Virus record (IMG/VR): IMGVR_UViG_3300048582_000144 | Coordinates: 1-58,047 of that record | DNA length: 58,047 nt | Strand: one strand, 5' to 3' | Origin: a virus | Lineage: Duplodnaviria > Caudoviricetes | Shown here: positions 11,301 to 20,300 of the stretch, piece by piece | Position numbering within the stretch: the first letter of the stretch is position 1 | How the letters are laid out: each line of letters begins with the position of its first letter | Program-made: the position numbers and the translations under genes | Notes under the pieces: generated by a model | The model's database searches: none | The model's input: only the letters and a program-made list of their open reading frames with translations | Told to the model about the DNA's origin: nothing

Positions 11301-14300
11301 TGTCGATGGGGTCAGACAATTATTTCCCGATCATTGCTGATCTTGAGGCGAACGTAGATTTGGCGGAGCGATATCGCGAGGAATGGGACACCGAAGCCCC
11401 GACCTCCGCGATGGACCGCAAGAACACCGACGCGAAGGAACTCTTCGCCGACGACGGCGGATTCAAACTCGGACAGGAAACCACCACGGACGGCGCGAAG
11501 GTCGCAGCGGAGCGCAAGGCGAAGGAGGAAGCCAAGGCAGCGGCAGACGCGGCACAGCGGAGTCTGTTTGATGAAGGCCCCACCCTCACCCCGGAAGAGC
11601 AGGCGTTGAAGGATGCGCTGGAAGGACTATTCGCCTCCCGCTCCCGCGACACCGGGACCCCCGACCTGTTCGCCCCCGAGAACCTTGCACGCCCCTCCAT
11701 GAAGGAGGTGAAGACCCCGAGCAACAAGTCAGCACTCGGAGCCTACCGCGCACTCACAGCGAAGAAGCAGGCAGGCAAGACCCTCAAGCCCGAGGAAGAG
11801 CAAGACCTACTCGAAGCCGAAACCGCCCTTGGCCAGAAGATGGCATTCGACATGGCACCGGAGAATCTGAAGGGCAAGGATACGGACCTTCTGCAAGCGG
11901 CCATCGTGGAAGCGACTATGCCGCAGGCCGCGCGTTCGATGCGTGCGGTGCAGCAAAGCATGTTCATGGGAGAGGAAGGCAGGGGAGGGCAGCAGAGCTT
12001 GTTCTCGTCGGCCTCTCCTAATCCTGATTTCCAAAACCTCCGCCGATCTATCACGACCGAACTCACCAAAACCCCCAGCCAATACCAATATGAACCAACA
12101 CAAGAAACCAGACCCGACATCGCAGCGCTCCTTGAGAAAAGCGGCCTACAAAGAGTTGTCCCTACCAACCTTCGACTTGACACCGATCAACTCGAAGAGA
12201 TTTCAGGCGCTCAAGTTGTCTTCGTCAGGGAACAAAATCCAATCGGATTGGTCTCTGCAAATACCCTGAGCGTTCCAAGGGTTATCATCATCAACGCCGA
12301 CACCACCGCGGCGAGCGTAGGCTATTTGATCGCGCACGAAATGACGCACGTTGCGCAAAAAGTCAGCGCGGCACCAAGCGGCCCGATCATCAAAAGAATC
12401 ACCGAGCTTGCCAGCAAAGAAGAAATCACAGCGATGTTCAAAACATTGCTCTTCAAGGGTTACGACAACAACAAGACACTAATAACCGCAGAGATTCACG
12501 CTCATCTTGTCGCGGATGCGGTCGCCGGAACCAACACGCTCGGACTTCAAGAGTTGGCCAACAGAGAGCAGCTTACATCCGAGCTGGTGGCATACTTTGA
12601 TTCACTTCCAAGACTCAATCCAGACGCCCGCAAAGGACAGTTGTTCGCAGAAGCAGCGGAAAGCCCGCCGTCTGGAGAAACGCTCAGAAGCTCCGCATCC
12701 CCCGCCCCTGACTACTCCGCGCCCATCCCGCCGGCAGTCATCGCCAAAATGTGGGGATCGCTCACCGCCCTGGTGGAATCCGGCCAAGTCACCTCCCCCG
12801 AGACGCTGGCGGCCACGTTGAAGAAGTTCGGCCCCGGAGCGCCGAAGCTCTCGCAAGGATTGTGGAGCATCATTTCCGCAGTGAAGGGCGAGGCCCCGAC
12901 CGCTCCCGATTGGGCTGGCATCTACGGTGCGAGCGTGCAGACTCCCGGGGATGGACAGCAGGTTCAGACTGGTGAAGGCGCTGGCGACGTTGTTGCTGGA
13001 GGCGGCGAAAGCCGCGTGGCGGTGGGTGAGGCGGCGGAGGTGAATGCCGCGCAGTGGAAGATTCCAAATGACTACACCGGAATCTGGCGCGAAGCTGTTG
13101 ACGCTGGCCTGCCGCTGGCGCAGATCATCGAGCCGCCCGCTGGATGGAAATCCACGCCGCGCTCTGTCAACGTCTTCACCGACCACAAGACCAAGCAGAA
13201 GGTTGCGAGGTTCGAGCATTTCTTCATTCACCCTGACGGCCGCCACGGGATGATGATCGAGCAGGACATCAGCAACGGAGTTTCCAAGCCCATCGTGGCC
13301 AACGTGATGACCCGTGACAACTCCATGGGGGTAAAAGGATGGGACATCGCCAAGAACCAGTTCGACGGCACGGTTGAGCAGGTAGTGAAGGAGATTCAGC
13401 GGCGGAATGACTACATCAACATGAAGGAAGGCAAGGAAGGGTGGAAGCTGGAAACCCAGCCAGCTTCATCCGACGACACCGCCGAGACCTACGCCAAGAG
13501 CGTTCAACGCAACCTGAAGCACATGGGCACCAAGGGCGACGAATGGTCCGTCGTTCCGTTCACCGGCAGGGAGATCGAGAACCCCGAGGGAGGCCGCCCG
13601 ATGATCGAGCAGGATTATTTGAGCGTTCAGGGAGCTGGATGGAAGCAGGCCCCGACACTCTACCCCGGCACCAGTCAATCCCCGGCCTGCGGATGGTGCG
13701 GCAAGGCCCCGGTGAAGTATCTGTTCGGGATCAAGAACGACTCGAAGAAATGGTCGATGATGGTCGGATCCGAATGTATCACCCACTTTTCCGAGAAGTC
13801 TGGAGATGCCCAATCGCAGGAAGCCAAGGCATCATTCAACCGCGCAGCGTGGCAATCGCTGGATGACTCGTTGAAGGAGATTAAGAAAGAGCTTTCAACC
13901 AGCACGTCGGATTCGTATTACCGATACACCACCACATGGTCGAGCAAGGCCGCCTCCGACCTCTACGAGCAAGGCACGAAGCTCCGTGGCAAGTTGAGCC
14001 AGAAGGACAGCTCAGACGGCGCGTTCACGTCATGGCAGCGCAAGAACGGCCAGGCAGTGGAAGCGCTCGTCACCAAGATCCGTGACGAACTGCAAGCCGA
14101 CGATGCGAAGAAATACCGGGTGAGGAAGCGCGAAGGATTCATTCGCAATCTGGAATCAGAGATCACCAACGGGAAATCCTCCTACGGTCGCCGCTACCCG
14201 CTTTCGGAAGCCGACATCGAGCGGAACACCCGGCAGATCGAGGCATACAAGAAGGAGATTGCGGAGATCACCGCGCCGGTTGCGGTGGAGGCGGACCAAC

Positions 14301-17300
14301 CCCCCACCCCAGCAGCCAAGGAATCCTTGACCACTGAGACGCGAACCACCGAAGCCGTCGAGGCATCACTATCAGAATCCGAGAAGCAGCAAGCCGCCGT
14401 TGAGCTTGGACATAAATCATGGACACCGGAGGCCCGAAAGTCGTTCCTTAGCAGACTCGCGGACTGGATGGTTTCAGGTGTTGAGTCGTCGGCAAAGCTG
14501 GCGGCCATGTTCGCGAAGGTCGTGAAACGAGCAGCGCTTTCAGTAGTTGTTGCAGTGAGCATCACATCGACCACAGCGCCAACGGTTGAAGCAATCTCCG
14601 CATCCGCGATTACAAACCAGTCCCCTGCCGTTCCATTCGCCAAGGAAACGCAAGAGATTGGAAGCGTGATGCAGCCGACCGTTATTCCAAGGAAGGAAAC
14701 CACAGCACCATCAGCCACCTCGCAGACGCCATCAGCCAGCTTTGGCAGTCAAGAGACATCAGACAACGTGCGCGTCATGGCTGATTGGGTGATGGGCAAC
14801 AGAGACAACCGAGGCAAGCCGTTCACAATCGCGGACAAGACCGAAGGATCGATCTACTTCTTTGATGGCACCGGGACGCTAGTTGAAGCTGCCCCAGCCA
14901 TCTACGGATCAGCCAAAGGCGATGTTCTATCTGAACGCCAGTTACGCCAAGGGATCGCATCAACCCGCGCCAACAAAGCAGACCAAATCACACCAGCCGG
15001 AAGATTCGAGACAGCAACCAGCAAATCCAGAGCATATGGCGAGGTTGTTCCAGTGATGAGCAAGAAGGCGGGAAGCCGCATTGCGATTCACAAGGTGTTT
15101 CTTGGCCGTGAATCGACCGAAAAAAGACAGCGCCGACTTTCCACGCCAACAGGTGCAGACAACCGGATCAGCCTTGGCTGCATCAATGTCCCTGCATCGG
15201 TGGCAAAATCCGCCGCAGGCTTATTCCGCGAAGGCGGGATTGTTTATGTGCTACCGGAAACCAAAGCAGGGAAAGAGCTGTTCAGCGGCTTTGAAGCGCT
15301 CGACACAAAGCAAACCGACAAGGGCACCGCGCTCTTCTCCTCCGCGTCTCCTAGCCAATTTCCGGAAGTCGAAACAATCGCAAAAACCAGTCTCACCGAA
15401 CCACCAAACAAGTATGAATATGAAGCCTATGAACACCCAAGCCCGCAAGTCCGGCAATTCCTCCAAATCAATCGCCTCCAAGGGTATCGAAGAACACCTG
15501 ATTCTTCCGACACCCGAAGAATTGAAGAGATTACAGGCGCAACCATTATCTTCGTTCGAGGGACTCCCAAACTTACTCTCGGAAGGAATAGCACGACTCA
15601 CCCGAGGATTGTAGCGATCAACACCGAATATCCCATGGCATCCGTGGGATATGGCATCGTTCACGAGTTGGTTCATGTCGCGCAGAAGGACAGCAGCACC
15701 CAAGCACGCTCAATTCTGAGAGACATCCGAAGCCTTCTTTCCACTAAAGAGGTCGAGCGGATCAATGGATACCTGCACAACTATGGATACGGAAACTCTT
15801 CGCCAGAAGAGGTTGCCGCAGAGTTCCAAGCGTTCCTTGTGGCCGACGCGGTGATGGGGACCAACTACATCGGTATCGACAACCTCCAGAAAAGCCAGGA
15901 GATGAAGTACCTTTTGCGCGGGTTCTTTAGCGGGCTCCCGCGACTCTCACCAAACAACGGGATCATGGAGTTGTTCAGCTCAGGGAACGCCCTGTTCTCC
16001 AGCGCCAGCCGCAACGGCCAATCCCCCTACTCCGCTCCCATCCCGCCGGCAGTCATCGCCAAAATGTGGGGATCACTCACCGCCCTGGTGGAATCCGGCC
16101 AAGTGACATCACCCGAGAGTCTGGCCGCCACGCTGAAGAAGTTCGGACCCGGAGCGCCGAAGCTGTCCCAAGGATTGTGGAGCATCATTTCCGCAGTGAA
16201 GGGCGAGGCCCCGACCGCTCCCGATTGGGCTGGCATCTACGGTGCGAGCGTGCAGACTCCCGGGGATGGACAGCAGGTTCAGACTGGTGAAGGCGCTGGC
16301 GACGTTGTTGCTGGAGGCGGCGAAAGCCGCGTGGCGGTGGGTGAGGAAGCAGTCAAGGAATCCTTGACCACTGAGACGAAGGAAGAAGCACCGGAACCCG
16401 GCACGCCGGACTTCCGTCTCCTCCCCACCGAAGACAAGAAGGAGATTGTTCAGAAAAAGCGCAAGGCCGCATCCGCCGAAAAAGCGGGAATCAACGACTT
16501 CGGAGAAAAGATCGGCGGAGCACGCAAAGACATGTCGATCAAGACCGGAGAGAAAACCCGCCCGAAAAAGACCAACGACAAGCCCGGATGGTTCAACCGA
16601 TATGAAGTCAATGAGGTTGTCGCGGAAACGAAGGCGTCTTCGCCGCTTGAGCGATACTGGATGCAATCCGCCAGTGCCAAACAGGAAGAGTCAGCAGTCG
16701 GTCGATTCGTCATCAACGACAAGCGCAAGCTCGACTGGAGCGGAAAACCGGAGCGAGCCACCCGTCAGACATTCGCCACCCGAGAGGAAGCTGAAGCGGC
16801 AATCCCATTGTTGGAAGCCTCGCGCAATCACAAGCTCCGCCGCGAGACAGTGGAAGGGGCTGACCAATGGGGTATATGGCGAATCGTCTCAGACCGCAAG
16901 CGGGTGCAGGTAGTGAAACAGACATTCGCCACCGAGAATGAAGCCCGAGAGTTCTTAGCAAAGAACGCCGCCGACATCATCGAGACCAAGACATCATGGC
17001 GCGAAGAGTTGATCGTGAAGCCTGAAAAGCCGGTCCGCAAAGGGCCAGAACGCCGCAACCGTCCCGCCGACAAGAAGATGTTCGAGGATGCTTTCGGATT
17101 TCGAGGAGTGGAGTTCGGCAACTGGATGCGCCAAGCTGGCGACGGCAAAGAACGCCAAGAGGTGTTGAACCACGCCTACGACGGTTTGCTTGACCTCGTG
17201 GAAATCCTCAACATCCCACCCAAAGCAATCAGTCTCAACGGCGATCTTGGTTTGGCGTTCGGGGCACGCGGGCAAGGACTCAGCGGAGCCAAGGCGCACT

Positions 17301-20300
17301 ACGAGCCGGATTATGTAGTGATCAACCTCACGAAGATGAGCGGAGCGGGCAGCCTTGCTCATGAGTGGATCCACAGCTTGGATCACTACCTTGGACGGCA
17401 GGATGGGCGAGCAAGCAGTGAGTGGATCAAGGACGCGTCCGGCAGCCGCATCAAGAAACCTGGCGGCCCCGAGCAATCCATGGTTTCCCACGGGTTCAGC
17501 CGCAAGGAATCGAAGGTCCGCGAGGAAGTCCGCAATGCCTTCACCCGACTGATGGACACCATCATGAACAAGTCGGTGGAGTTTGTGGAAGACAGCAACG
17601 CCGCAGAGCGGTTCGTGGAACGTGCTCGCACCGAGCTTGAAAAGAAACTTGGATCGCTCCGCAAGGACTACACCCGCGATCCTGATCCACGTTGGGAGAA
17701 ACGCCGCAAGCCTGCCACCGAGGCGCAACTGGCGGTGTTTGATGCCATGGCCGACCGCTTCCTCAACGGAATGGACTTGGAAACTGATTGGCGTCCCGTC
17801 GATGGCAAAGCCCGCCTGAACTATCGGTGGACCAACGATGCCTTGGAAACGCTGAACGCTCTTCACAAGGCCATCACCAACCGAAGCGGATTCAACAAGG
17901 ACGGCGGCCAACTCGACCACCTCCGCCAAGACATGAAGCATTATGCGGTGCGGATCAAGATGCTGGAAAGCGCCCAATCGACCGACACAAAGACCCGCAA
18001 GGTGCCAACAGCTTTCTCAATGAATGCCAAGGCTATCGACCAAGGCAGCCTTTCGGATTACTGGAATTTACCCCATGAAATGTTGGCACGCGGATTCTCC
18101 GCTTATGTGGAAGATAAGATTGCAGCCACCGGAGGGTCATCGGACTTCCTTTCCTACGGATCGGACAACCGCCTGCCGAAATACCGAATATTCAATGTGA
18201 AGCCCTTTCCCGAAGGCACCGAGCGCGAGGCAATTAACAGTGCATTCGACAACCTGTTCAACATCCTCGACACGAAGGAAACCGACAAGGGCACCGCGCT
18301 CTTCTCCTCCGCCTCCCCCGCTCGCCGCTCCGACCCCATCCTTGACCGCATCAAGGCCATGGTCGCCGATCCCGACAAGAAGGCCGAAACCTACGTCCGG
18401 GCCGCCCGCTACGTCTCCGACGTTCGCAACCGCTTCGACACAGGACGCCTCAAGCGCGAGTTCTCCGCTCAAGGCATCGACTCCGCCCGCTACACCATGA
18501 TCCGCGACGTGGCGATTCTGGAAGCCATTGTGAAGGCCCTGCCGAAAGAGATGCGTGGGAAGTTTGTTGGCAAGTTCCGCAACGTAGCAGAGATGAAGAC
18601 CGAGAAGGGACGGGAGCGATACATGCTGGCCATGCTCCCGAAGGTTGAGAAGGCACTGGAAGCGCACCTCCAGACGCTCTACCGCCAGGACATCAGGAAG
18701 GTCATTGACAAGAGCAAGCCCAAGCCCAACGCCAGCCGCAACCTTCGAGGCAAGATCGGTGCTTCCGGCCATGCCATCGTCAAACAGGCCGTCAGCGCCA
18801 TGACCCTGAAGGTGGACACCGAGAAACAACTGGAGATCGCCACCGATGCCCTTGCCAACGTCATCACCGAGACCACCAGCGACGAGGTTCAGGACATCGC
18901 GGAAACCGCCCTCGACCGCATCCGCCGCGCCAAGGACACCGAGGCCAAGCTGAAGATCGCCAACGAAGCCCTCTGGGAACTGGAGTCCACCGAGGATGAT
19001 GCGAACATCGCCGCCATCGTCAACCAGGCAACCAACGCGATGCTTCTCGACACCAACGAAGCCCTCACTCTTGCCGCGGCTCACCGGGAGAAGATCGAGA
19101 TCGGCACCAAGCGAGTCGGTGACGATGATGTTCCACTCACCCTCGACGAGTGGGAGGAGTTGGAAGGCAAAGCAGTCGCCCTTGAATTGTTCTCCGACTA
19201 CGAGAACGCCAGCAGCGCCCGTTTGGCGAAGGCGCTGGAGTTCCTGAAGGGTGTTTACTCCGAGAGCCGGGAGCAATGGCTTAAGGTCCTGAAGGAGCGC
19301 AAGGCGCAAAAGGAAGACGACATCGAGACCCTTCGCAAAACCATCAAGGCCCCGGACTTCATCACCAATGAGATGCTGGCGGCCGCCAAGAAGAAGTCTG
19401 AAAAGATCGTCCACCGTTTCGGCACGGCAATGCTCGAATGGATTTCGTCCTACGAGCAAATCCTCGGACAACTCAAAGAGAACACCCAAGATCCGCAAGC
19501 CCTCGCGTGGGTTGACGAGCAGGTTGCCAAACTCCGTGATGCACGCGGAGAGTATGACGACAAGCTCGAAGGCGAACGCGTGGCATTGGAGGAGGCGATG
19601 GCCGACATCTTCGGCACCGGCACCGGATGGACGGACAAGTTCAAGCTCGACCCGATCCTTCACGGACTATCCACGCGCCGCGAAGACCACGGCGTCACCG
19701 TGCTGGAAGGCGTGAGCAAGGATACCATCCCGGTCCCGGTAAAGCTGGCGGAATCGCTGGTCCGCAAGGAAACCAGCACCTACACCCACAACGGCGTCAA
19801 ATACGAGATCGTTGCTCAGGATATGGTTGCGCTGGAAGAAGCGTGGGAGCGATTCCAAGAACTTCCCGACGAAGCCCAAGGACGCAAGCCGCTGATCTAC
19901 TTCACCCGCGTCAAGAGCGAGGGCAAGCGCAACACCATCGGAGCCTATTCCCAACTCGAAATGCTCAAGGAGTGGCTGGCCATGCGCCAAGCCGACCTGG
20001 CCAAGAAATACGAGTCTCGCGGGTGGGACGAAACCACCATGGAGCAACTGGAATCCGCCCTCACGCCGGAAGTGAAACGCCTTGGCTTGTGGCTCGTGGA
20101 TCGACTGGAAAGCCAGCGTTCCGAGTTGGACGCCAAACACCGGAGCGAATACGGAATTGGCCTTGACCTCGTGGACAACTACTTCCCCGCGCTCTTCGAG
20201 AACGCGCAGAGCCAGGACAGCAACCTTGGACCCGATGGAGTGGACACGAACGTCGCCGCCAAGACAGCATCCGCCTTGAAAGGCCGGGTGGCGCACAACG

